Positions 22,305 through 34,000 of a stretch of 64,000 nucleotides of DNA are shown here, one piece after another. The DNA is from Histomonas meleagridis 2922-C6/04-290x (Eukaryota; Protista; Parabasalia). Each line of letters starts with the position of its first letter. Within the stretch, counting starts at the first letter, position 1. The DNA lies in assembly GCA_020184695.1 (NCBI GenBank), contig JAANOX010000243.1, positions 248,001 to 312,000 on the forward strand. The letters run 5' to 3'. The notes below the pieces were generated by a model. It searched no databases. It was given only the letters and a program-made list of their open reading frames with translations, and was not told where the DNA came from. The position numbers and the translations under genes are program-made.

Positions 22305-23785
22305 AAAGAGTTATTAAAATAGAATTAAAAATAGTAATGAAAAAATACTTACACCAAGAGCAAGTGCTATAGTTTTTAAACTCGATCTTGATGGAAATGA
22401 ATTTGATGAAATATTTGAATTTGTGATTGAATTAGAATATATGATAGAATTTGTATATGATATAGAAAATGTGTTTGCTTTTGTAAATGTATTCGATTGT
22501 GTGAATGTGTTTGATTGTGTAAATGGATGTGTTGACCATGGATTACAATTTTCAATGGTCGTTCCAATTGATACATTAATTTTACCAAATTTTTGATTTA
22601 TAAGAATCTAATGTCATTACATATTTGACAGGAGTATCTTCAAATGCATCATCACTAATATTAGGTTCTGAGTGACCATAATAATAAACGCAAGTTAAAG
22701 ATTTACATTCAAAAAATGCTTTTTTATCAATTGAAACAACATTTTCACCTATAATAACAATTGATAAATTTTTAAAAAAATAAAAAAACTTCTTTATTGA
22801 TAATAGTTAATGAATTTGGAAGTTCGATTTTTTTAAGAGATCCACAAAAAAAAAAATGCAGCATTTTCAATTGTAGTTATGTTATTTCCAAAAATAATAT
22901 CTGATAATTTTTTACAATATAAAAATGCATATTGTTTAATTGTAGAGAGTGAATTTGGTAATATAATTCTCTCAAGTGAGCATTCAGAAAATGATTCCTT
23001 ACCAATACTAATCAGATTTTCGTTAAAAATTACTTCTGACAAGTTAAAGCAACGAAAAAATGCACCATTTTCTATTATAGACAGTAATTTGGGTAATTTA
23101 ATTCTTTCAAGTAAAATGCATTCGCCAAATGCGCTTACATTGATTATCGAAATTCCTTCTCCAAAAATAACTTCAGACAATTTTTTACAATTATAAAATG
23201 CGTATTCTCCTATTGCAGAAACTGAATTCGGTAATGAAATTTTTTTGGGTGAAGTACACCGAAATGAATATTTGCTAATCGCTGTTAGATTTTCTCCAAA
23301 AATTACTTCAGACAAATTTTCACAAAAAGCAAAAGCATATTCTTCAATGGTAGTTACTGAATTTGATAATTTAATGCTTTCAAGTGCTAAACATTCAACA
23401 AATGAATATTGAGAAATTTTAATCAATTTTTCATTAAAAATAACTTTTGATAATTTAGTGCATTTATAAAACGCGCTACTACCAACCGTATTAACATTTT
23501 GACCAAAAGTAACATTTGATAAGTTTTTGCAATCATTAAATGCATCATTACCAATTACAGATACTGAATTTCCAATTTTAGCAGATGCTAGATTCATCCA
23601 CCCACGAAATACATCGGATGGTATTGAAGTAATATTATCAGCGATAATCAAAAATAATGCTTCATTTTTATATAGATTATTCCATTTGTAAAATCTTCCG
23701 TGGTTTTTATTGTTAATGTTTTTGTTTGATTATCAAATATTCCAAATGCGGGTATCATAAGATAGTATAATATCAGAACAATCAT
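22305..23785 (-). CDS. BspA-like (TpLRR) surface protein with signal peptide and C-terminal hydrophobic segment; frameshifts in A/T runs
   Basis: 23-aa LRR_5 repeats (LxxIxLPNSVTTIxEYAF). Signal peptide from ATG 23785, FTQSNTFT stalk and IALALGVSIFSLLFLILF lie in adjacent frames. Confidence 0.85.
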
Positions 23786-24314
23786 ATTTAATAAAATAAA
23801 TTGATAATGAAAATGACTTATGATTCCAAAAGACACAAAACTAACTTTCATAAATTATTTCACTTTCATAACAAAAATGAAATTACTGGTAAAATGAACA
23901 CGTAATTAGAATAAAGTATTTTATCATTTGTTGTACAAAAAACAAAGTATTTGTATTGAATAATTTTCAAATTCTTAATACCAATAGTAATCGAATTATT
24001 CATAAAAATTAAGAATATAACTATTTTATTTATTATTGAAATACATATCACAGCATCACCACTTTTGCTGAATTTCACTATATATTTTACATTTCCTAAT
24101 ATTAGATTTTTTGTAAATTAACTTATATGAGAAATTTAGTTCTTTTGATCTTATATATGATATATGTTTACAAACAATGTTTACAACGATTGTAGAATAT
24201 CATATATAAAATAAAACAAAATTCATAACAGCATAATAAATATCATATTTTTATTAATATCTTATTTTATATGAACAATAATAAACTATCGTTTGTGCGA
24301 TTTAAATATAATTT

Positions 24315-25682
24315 TTATTCTTGATTTTTATTTTGATTCAATAACTGAATCAAATATTCACAATGCATCAAAATTTCATCATCCGCATCACTTAATAAGA
24401 AGTCATTTAATTTATCCTCAATTTCAGCGTATTCCAAAACCTCATTAATTTGTGGAACAAAATTAAACATTTCAATAAATATCAAGAGAACAATGTCAAC
24501 AGTTTTTGGTTCAAAGTATCGATCATATCTACTATACTTAAAACCTCCATAAGCTAAAAACTTTTGTGCCCATTCAAGATTTTTCCTATTTCTTATTACA
24601 ATTGCATAAATTATATCAAGACAATTCACTCTAAACGATAGAGTGCCACTTTTCATAATGTTTGCAATTTTTTCGATCATTTGGACTTCGTTAAAAACAT
24701 CATCGATTTCATCTCTTTCTAACCTTATTAAGCCAATTATAATTTGGCAACAATAAGAAAACACTTCTTGGTCATATAGATAATAATATTCTACATCAAA
24801 GACAGTTTTTTCAACTAAAATTAATTGGATAATTCCAACATTAAATAAAGAAAGAACTTCTTCAAGTGTTCCTTGAATGGATATAACAGACAAAATTCGA
24901 AGGGCATACTCAACATAATAATCTCGAAATTTATTTGTGTCATTAAAAAGAATTTTATAACAATAATTTATTATTCCGGAATTAAAAAAATTGACGCGTA
25001 AAATTGGGTCAGTTACAACATTTGAGATAAATTTTAAAGAAACTGTAATAGAGATGGCATTGTATGGGACGTCTATATTAAGTTGCTGGATAAATTTGTT
25101 GGATAATGTGAAATTTAACTCTGTTTGGTCAGTAATAAAAAATACGATTTTTTCAATAAAAATACTTGCGTTAGAACGAATTTTAAAGTTTTCATTGGGT
25201 ATAAAGACATTTTCGAAGAATGAGATGATTGGTGTTTTGCTTAGAAACAAATACGAATCTGGAAATGATGCAATATGAAATGCTGGATGTAATACACCAG
25301 CAACCTCCTTTACTAAATAACCAATAATTTGAAGAAGATATTCTTCTTCAATTAATTCAATTTCATACTTTTGATATATCTCTGAAATACGAATGGGAAA
25401 AGAAGAAGACATAACCACGTTATATGGAAGGCATCTAAGTGGTTTGAATCCTGAAAACCAATTTATACAAAATTTGAGATAATTAATCATTTCTTCATGA
25501 GATGTATTTTGTGAAATGTTAGCATTTACCATATAATTAAATTCATTTTCGAAGTCAGGTGGATATTTTATGTTAACATCCTTTGGAATTGGTTCTCTCC
25601 GATTTTGGCCTGAAGCCAAGTCCATTTTTCGACCGTTTGTACCTTTAACGGTTTCTTGACTGGATGGAAGAGATTTATTCAT
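24315..25682 (-). CDS. ARM-repeat-like helical protein
   Basis: 455-aa ORF with a helical solenoid pattern. Start may be the Met at 25625. Confidence 0.7.
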   Translation of the reverse strand: MNKSLPSSQETVKGTNGRKMDLASGQNRREPIPKDVNIKYPPDFENEFNYMVNANISQNTSHEEMINYLKFCINWFSGFKPLRCLPYNVVMSSSFPIRISEIYQKYEIELIEEEYLLQIIGYLVKEVAGVLHPAFHIASFPDSYLFLSKTPIISFFENVFIPNENFKIRSNASIFIEKIVFFITDQTELNFTLSNKFIQQLNIDVPYNAISITVSLKFISNVVTDPILRVNFFNSGIINYCYKILFNDTNKFRDYYVEYALRILSVISIQGTLEEVLSLFNVGIIQLILVEKTVFDVEYYYLYDQEVFSYCCQIIIGLIRLERDEIDDVFNEVQMIEKIANIMKSGTLSFRVNCLDIIYAIVIRNRKNLEWAQKFLAYGGFKYSRYDRYFEPKTVDIVLLIFIEMFNFVPQINEVLEYAEIEDKLNDFLLSDADDEILMHCEYLIQLLNQNKNQE

Positions 25683-27088
25683 TTTTTAGGCAACATCCTC
25701 TTCCTTATAAATATATTACATTCCCTTACATTGATGACCCTCCTACGGGAAGGCATCCTTATCATGCGTTTCTTGTTAATAAAGTAATAGCCGAATTAAC
25801 TGCAAGATACTTCAATAAATCAGGTTTTCCACATGTTGAAGATTTCAACAAAAAATGGAATGTTTCATGGGGTCAACAATTTGATCCACCTGAATATCAA
25901 AGATGTCTTCCATGGCAAAAAATCAACCATTTTGCTGGTGCTTTCTTAATTGGAAAAAAGGGTGAACTCCATAAGAGAATGTGTTCATTAAAACAAAGGG
26001 TTCCAAATATTGATTTTTATCCAGAATCATATCTTTCATCTGATACAACAACTTTACAACAAAATTGGAAGAACCACAAGCATTGGATTCTCAAGCCCAT
26101 CGCTTCTTCTCGTGGTGAAGGCATAACCATTGTTGATAGTTCACAATCAATTTCAATTCAACCCGGTTATATAGTTCAAGAATACATAGAAAGGCCTCTC
26201 CTCATCTGCAACAGTCAAAAATTCGATATTCGTCTTTATGTTTTGGTTACATCAATTTATCCGCTTCGAATATATCTCCACGATTTTGGACTTGCTCGTC
26301 TTGCAACACATAAATATGGTGGAGAACTCACTGATGTTTGTTCACATCTCACCAATGTATCTCTTAATCGGCATGACTCCTCATTTAATTCTGCACAACA
26401 AAAACTTTCGCTTGACGAAATGTTTACCATAATTTCCAAACATGGAATAAGTCGTGAAGAAATTCAGCGGCAATTTAATGAGATTTCAGCCATTGCAATC
26501 ATATCTGCATCAACGCAAATTCTTGAATATCATCAAAAGTATATTAAATCACGACAAACGTCATTTGAACTCTTTGGCATCGATATATTAATTGACGAAA
26601 ATCGAAAATGTCATTTAATAGAAGTAAATGTTTCTCCATCAATGAGTGGTAAAGATTCGCAACTTGATTATTATCAAAAGAGCGAAATCATTGCCGAAAT
26701 GATGAACATCGGGCGCGTCATTGATTGCGATCCGAAACTGAATGATCCATGTCCCGGAATTAGTTTATATGACGATGAATATCATAAAGCGATTGAACAA
26801 AAGGTAAATCCAACTGATTGGATGAACCCTTCTTTCGCAGATATAGTAAACATTAGAGACTTTGTGGAAGAAAAATTAACGCTGAAACGCTTTAAGAGAA
26901 TTTTCCCGAAACGAAAAAATTTAAATAATTTGTTGAAATGTTTCGAAAGGATTAACAAAAACGATTTGGCGTTTGTGGAATGGATTAAAATGTCAAATGA
27001 GGAAAGAAAAGACGCATTTGTTAGAGGAGAGAAAATTTACGTGGAAACATTGGATATGATATATAAGAAATTAGAAAATATGAAATGA
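25664..27088 (+). CDS. Tubulin-tyrosine ligase-like (TTLL) protein, glutamylase-type
   Basis: WILKPIASSRGEGI, QEYIERPLL, KFDIRLYV, FELFGIDILID, LIEVNVSPS. Confidence 0.93.
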   Translation: MEEIYSFFRQHPLPYKYITFPYIDDPPTGRHPYHAFLVNKVIAELTARYFNKSGFPHVEDFNKKWNVSWGQQFDPPEYQRCLPWQKINHFAGAFLIGKKGELHKRMCSLKQRVPNIDFYPESYLSSDTTTLQQNWKNHKHWILKPIASSRGEGITIVDSSQSISIQPGYIVQEYIERPLLICNSQKFDIRLYVLVTSIYPLRIYLHDFGLARLATHKYGGELTDVCSHLTNVSLNRHDSSFNSAQQKLSLDEMFTIISKHGISREEIQRQFNEISAIAIISASTQILEYHQKYIKSRQTSFELFGIDILIDENRKCHLIEVNVSPSMSGKDSQLDYYQKSEIIAEMMNIGRVIDCDPKLNDPCPGISLYDDEYHKAIEQKVNPTDWMNPSFADIVNIRDFVEEKLTLKRFKRIFPKRKNLNNLLKCFERINKNDLAFVEWIKMSNEERKDAFVRGEKIYVETLDMIYKKLENMK

Positions 27089-27313
27089 ATAAATAATAGA
27101 TGAATTGTTTTAATTATTTGATTAAATATTTTTTTTTATTTGAGACTCAAGAAATTTGTAAATATTGTTGCATAGTTTAATTTGTATCACTGCATTAATA
27201 TCGAGACAAAATTGCTGAATTTATAAAGAAAAAAATTAATTTATTAAAATAATATCTTATAAGAAATGTAATTTATCTTTATTAAGTCAAACAAAAAATG
27301 TTATTCTATGAAG

Positions 27314-30300
27314 TTAGTTATCAAGGTTTGTTGGAGTAAAACCTTTCATTACGGATTCAGGACTCATTGAGACTTCTTTCAAGCGTTGTTCGTCATATTC
27401 GACTCCTTTTTTATTCTTGAATATTTCAACAATCTCTGTTTTATTTCTAGCAGCTGCCAGAAGAATTGGTGTCATTCCATTTCTGGTTTTGACATTCATG
27501 TCAATCTCTTCCTGTTCGAGTAATAATTTGACAATTTCTGTTCTCCCTGCCCATGATACTTCAATAAGTGCTGTTCGAAATTATTTAATTCATTTCCAAA
27601 TATTTTTTTGATACAAAAAATAATATGAATAAACAACAATTAATTTAAATAATCATCTTTAGCATTTATATCAATTCCTTTTCTTTCAAGAAGCAGTTTT
27701 ACAATTTCGATATTTCCATGAGTAGATGCTGTTAGAAGTGCTGTCTGAAATTGTTTAATCAAATATTAAATTAATTTTTGGAATTTGAATAAATTTAATT
27801 ATAAATTAATTAAGATAAATAAATATTTTTTGCGTTGATATCTAAAGTTTCTTTTTCAAGGAGTAATTTTACAATATCAGTAAATCCTCTTTGTGATGCA
27901 ATCAATAATGGTGTCATCTATTATTTTGATGAATTCCAAATATATTTTTGGAATATAATATTATAAAATTAGATATTACTATAATAAAATAAAAATCTTT
28001 ATGATTTATATTAATTCCTTCTTGTTTAAGAAGCAATTTTACTATTTCTGTATAGTTATTTTGTGTTGCAATTATAAGTGCTGTTTCAAATTATTTTAGC
28101 AAACACATAATAAGTTAAATTTATATCATTTTTATTGATTTCGTTTGATTTATATTCAAGAATTAATTTGATAATTTCAAAGTATCCATTTTTTGTTGCT
28201 AGTATTAGTGCTGATTTAAAAAATATGAATAAATTCCTAAATGAAATTGAAGAAAACACTGTTTTTAATATTTATATCTATTCCTTTTTGTTCCAGAAGC
28301 AATTTTACAATTTCTATATGACATTTATGAGATGCAATTATAAATGCTGTTTCAATAAAGTGAAACTAATTCTAAATATAATTTTTTAATATTAAATTTC
28401 TTAAAAAAGCATTAAACAAAATGTTAAAATATTTTTTATATTGATATCAATCCCCTCCTTCTCAAGAAGCAATTTTGCGACTTCAATTTGATTATATTCA
28501 GATGCAATCATAAGAGCTGAAAAAAATTATTTAAAAAAGCTCTAAATAATTTTTTGAAATTTCAAATAATTATAATTAATATTGAACAAATTGAATTAAT
28601 ATTTATTTCATTAATATTAAAATCACTTTTTTCCAAGAGCATTTTAACAACTTCAGTATTTGATTTTCTAGATATTTTCATAAGTGCTGTATCAATCATA
28701 TTGAACAAATTCCAAATGTTATTATGAAATTCCAAAGGATTATGAATAACCCAAAATAAAAAAATTAAAAATTTTTTACATTAATATCAATACCTTTATA
28801 CTCTAGAAGGAGCTTAATAATTCCAATATAACCATTTTCACATGCATACATTAGACCAGTTTGAAATAATATTAATAAATTCCAAATTATTTTAAAAAAC
28901 ATTGAAACATCGAAACAAACATAAAACTCTCGAGCATTAACATCAATTCCATCTTGTTTAAGAAGTAATTCAACTACTTCAATATGACCTTTTTCATTTG
29001 CATACATGAATGCTGTTTTAAATAATCTAAATAATCACCAAATACTATTTTTAAACATGAAATTATTAAAAATTAATTCTGGTTAAAACAAATAAACATC
29101 TTTTGCATTAATATCAATTCGTTTTTGCTCCAAAAGTAATTTAACTATTTCTTTATAACCTTTTTCAGATGCAAAAATAAGTGCCGTTTTAAATGTTTTG
29201 ATTAAATTTTAAATATTATATTCAAAAATAGAAAAATATTTAAATTAAACAGTGAATAAAACAAAAAAACATCTCTTACATTAACATCAATTTCTTTATA
29301 TTCAAGAAGTAATTTTGCTATTTCATTTAAACCAAATTCAGAAGCATAAATTAATGAAGCATAAAATTTTAGAAAAAAACATTGATAATCATGTTAAAAC
29401 TTTAAAACACTAATACAAACATCAAAAAACAAAAACAAATGTCTTTGGAATTAACATCAATTCCTTTTTGTTGAATAACATATCTAACAAGTTCAATATT
29501 TTTAGATGAAACAGAAAAAGGCAATGAATTCTTTGGGAAATCTTTTTCTTTGGTAATATGTTTAACAAGATATAAGTTCCCACTTTTCATTGTAGTTTGT
29601 ATAATTTCATCATTAAAACTTAAACCTTCTTGTTCCAAAAAAGAAAAAATTTCATAATTTCCTGATTCTATACATTTAATACCTAATTTTGTTATAATTT
29701 TTGTTTTCTCTTCTTTTGAAATATTATTATCATAAAGGTAATGAAATATTTCATTTCTATGAAACTCAATTGCTATTTCTAATGAGCCTTCAAATGTCGA
29801 ATGATATTGTTCACATAAATGAATTATTTCTATGTTACCACCTGCGATTGCATATTTAATTGTATTTGTCAATTTAGAACCATTTAACAATAAAAATTTA
29901 AAACAATTAATTGATCCAAAAAATGCTGCATAATCAATTAAAGTAACATTACTATATTTTAAAAAAGAATATTTCTCATAAGGAGATGATTGAATTAATC
30001 CACCATAATCAAAAATGGATTGTGATGACATTTCTTGAAGTTTTTCAACTTCATCATTTCGAATTATTTTCGACATTTCTGAAGGATTTCCTTCTTTTAT
30101 AAAGTGATGATGCAATTTCCAATTATCTTTTTTTAACTCTTCAATATTAATATATTTTTCTCCTAATGTAGAAAAATAAGAATTTAATTCTTCTTCAAAA
30201 TCTTTTGGTATTATATGCGCAAAATACATATTTGCATAATAAGACTTAATATTAAGCCGATCTTGAATTAAATCAGGTTTAATGAAATTGTTTTCTATCA

Positions 30301-30649
30301 TTTGTGCAATAATATAATTTGATTCGTTTTTATTTATAAGTAAAAGAAATTGTAAAAATACATTAAAGATTTGTGGATTTTGTTGAAGAATTTGTTTTTC
30401 ACTTTCTTCAATTGATTGCAAATATAAAAAATATATATCAATAGACTTCCTTTGCGAATAAAAAGATGAATATACACATTGACAAAGAACAGTGTTAAAT
30501 GAATATAAATTGTCTTGATCAAAATATTTCATAATAGATTTAACTATTAAACTAATGTTTTCTTGTCCAAGTTGGAATGTAATTTGATAAATCGACTCTA
30601 GATATTGCATTTCTTTATGTTTTAAAATACATTTCACATTTGATTCCAT
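27314..30649 (-). CDS. DUF3447-type ankyrin-repeat protein interrupted by 43 short non-canonical units (42 of 17 nt, one of 18 nt); 867 aa if the units are removed
   Basis: N-terminal LIDYAAFFGSINCFKFL...AIAGGNIEII. 90-nt TAL...INxKD blocks are all stop-free. 3336 nt minus 732 nt gives 868 codons ending in TAA at 27314. Confidence 0.85.
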
Positions 30650-31063
30650 GAATTTATTTTAATCAAAGTCAATCTGCTTAGATGTGAAATAAGGAAATGG
30701 TCAAGAAAACCGTCAAAAGTGGAATTTCACTGATATTGAATATTTTACATTTCAAGTAAAATATTTAAAATATTTATCAGCCAAAATGAAAAAGTGCTGA
30801 AATTGATCGAATTCTTGCAAGAAATAAAAGTATACACATTTCTGTATGTATTTAAATTAATAATAGTTACTATGTGGCGGACAATAACAAATGTCAAAAC
30901 ATATATCTTTATGTTGTAATTTTTAAGTTTATTGATATTAATGAAAAATATTATGGTTTCTCCATTGAATAAAACCATGATTTTATTTTTAATAACATTT
31001 ATATATTTGGTTTATAAACCCGAACAATAATTGTTGAAAAGAAAAAATGGATATAACATTTAT

Positions 31064-34000
31064 TCAAGTCAATGCTTTGCGCATTATATCATATATTATG
31101 ATTATATCTTCATGCTTTTTCTTTTTCCTTTTAATGCAAATAGTTACTATTGAAACAATAATTAAAATAACAACAACAGCAGAACCAACAGCAATTAAAA
31201 CGATTTGCAGTGTTGTTAAACCTTTTTTATGTTTATTTTCATTTTCTTCAATTATTATTGTAACTTTATCTTTAATACTTTCATCAATTTTATAATTTGA
31301 ATTTACTGTTCCATTAAAATTAATAATAATTTGAATATTATTTGGTAAACTTAATGAATAATTTTCACCATTTAATATATTAATTAAAGTATTATTACAT
31401 ATTACAAGAAACTCAATTTTAAGATTTTCAACCAAATTAATTTTCTTTGTTTGATCATTAGAATTAATAAAATCTATGGAATTATTATAAATTTTAATAG
31501 TTTTAATTGAAATTTCAGAATTATTCATTTTAATTGATTGAGTAATTTGCATATTTGAATCAAATGATTCATAGTCAGTAATTAAATTTTTGATTGATAA
31601 AATAAAATTATTATTATCTTCAAAAGTAATATTTTTAAGTTCTAAATATTCGAATGGAATTATGTTGCTTGAAACTTGACTTGTTTCAGCAAATTTAATT
31701 CTTAAATTATTGATTGATAAATAATAATTAGAAGTACTAGCAGAAGAAACACAATTCATAAAAGTAACCAAATGTTTTGAATTAGTATTATTATTTTTAA
31801 GTAATTCAAAGGTTGGTTTTTCTATAATTAAAAGTGTTGAAGGTATTTCGATATCTTTATCGATATAAATTACTCTATCATGACAATAATAAAAAATTCC
31901 ATATAACACAGAAATTGTTGAATATGTATTTTGTAATTTACATATTTCTTTATTACTACATTCATTGTTGTTACAGAAACATAATGGATCATTTTCATTA
32001 GGCTTATTTAATACAGCTGCAAAAAATGTTGTATTGTAGGGGAAATTATTTGATATAAAGAAGTAATTTTCTTGTGATGCATTAATTGTTATTGGCATAT
32101 TTTCATTTGTAAATAATTTATCTGATGTTATACATTTATAAGCATTTTGTGATAATGCTGGAATATAATCTCCAGGTTGTTCCATTTCCCATAGAAATGA
32201 ATATTGGTTTCGAATATCATATGCAAAAAATACCATTAATAATTCATCATAATTAGAATATTTTGAAACTTTAAAGAATTTTAATGTATTCGGCTGCATA
32301 ATAAATTCTGAATTTTCTGGTAAAATTGTTGATGAACTTGTTATATATGAAGGAAATTCTTGAAATTCAATATTACATAATTGTCCTGTAAATCCATTTT
32401 TACATATTAATTTTCCTTTATTACATCCATTCGAATTTTTTGTTGATATACATTTATTCGTGTTTTGCATTTCAATAAATTTCGGATTTGAATTTATATC
32501 ATTTTGTTCAAATGGTCCAATTGTTGTTATAATATATGAAATATTTTCAGTGATTTCAATATTTGATATGACATGAATTTCATATTCACCAATTTTTAAT
32601 TCTGTCGTTGGAATTATAATCTTTTCATTTAATGTATAATGTTCTGTATCATTAATACGATTATTTCCAATATATATTTTTTTAGTTGGTGAAATAACTA
32701 TTAAATCTAAATCGAAATAAATTGGTATTATTGATTCGATACTTAAAGGTTTATCATGTGAACATAAAACAATTTTAAGAGATGTTGTATTCTTAGTAAT
32801 TTTAATTTGACCTTTATGATGCATTTGGCCTGTTGACATTTTAATAATATTTGAAAATCTTAAACCAAAATTATCATCTTCAAATGGTAATACAGTTGAT
32901 ATATCTATTAATCCATGACCCACAAAATTATCTGGAGTATAACTTCCATCAGATTTAGAAGCAGAAGTAATCAAAAGTGATTTTAATAATAATGAATTAA
33001 TATTAACTTTCTCATTTAAATATTTACAATCATCAAAATATTGTGAAATTAATGCAGCAGCACCTGCAGCGTTTGGTGTTGCCATTGATGTTCCATCTGC
33101 AATAAATAAATTATTTAAATAATCATCTTTTGAACCATGATTAGGATCAATTATTTGTTTAGATTTAGAACTCGTTACGAATGAACCTGGTGCCATAACA
33201 TCAGGTTTAATTACACCAAAATGTGTTGGACCTATTGAAGAATAAAATGATTTAGAAATTTGTGAATTTTGTTTTCCTATAAGTGAATCATAAGTATAAT
33301 TTATTGTAATATATTTCCCGACATCTGATTTAAGCACTGTTGGATTATTTGTTATAAATATTCGAGAAGGATAAATTTTAGAAAAATATGAACTAAAGTT
33401 TTTATATTCTTCAGCTTTTATATCCAAAATAATTACATAAATAGAATAATTTTTTAATTGACTAACAATAATTGGATATACATTTGTAAATTCATTTTTT
33501 ATTTTGTTTAAATCATCAATATTAAAATATAAAATTTTTAAACTTTTTTTAGGTAAACTAAAATCAGAATAATTTGATAAATAATATTTCATATTAATTA
33601 TTTTAAAATCATTTCCTGAATAAGGTTGTTGATATGGTATAATAACTTCTATTTCTTTTCCTTCTTCATTTATGACCAAGAATTTAAAGTTTTGATAATC
33701 AAAAACTTTGGAAGCTGCACCAATAGTTAAAACATTTTTTGCAACTCCTGGAGAACGAATTGTATAAACTCCATCTTTTCCTTCATTGCCTGCAGCAAAA
33801 ACTATTAAACAACTTTCATTAATTAGTGAATCATAAACTATTGTATCAAGTAAATACTGTGTAAATAAATTATAATCTCTATAACCCCATGAATTAGAAA
33901 AAACATGAGCTTTAACTACATGAATTATTTCAATTAATTTGCTTATGTTTGATAAAAGTTTATTGTAATTTATATCAAATGAACCTAAATATACAAGTTT

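Noticed and set aside
27575-29440. Ankyrin spacers as ordinary GT-AG introns, U12 AT-AC introns or TA-bounded ciliate-type IESs
   Set aside because: No consistent GT...AG. AT...AC excision at the obvious sites breaks the frame and drops the Gly codon. TA direct repeats border only some units.
27575-29440. CRISPR-like repeat-spacer array
   Set aside because: The repeats are protein-coding ankyrin blocks with synonymous variation, there are no cas genes, and the context is eukaryotic.
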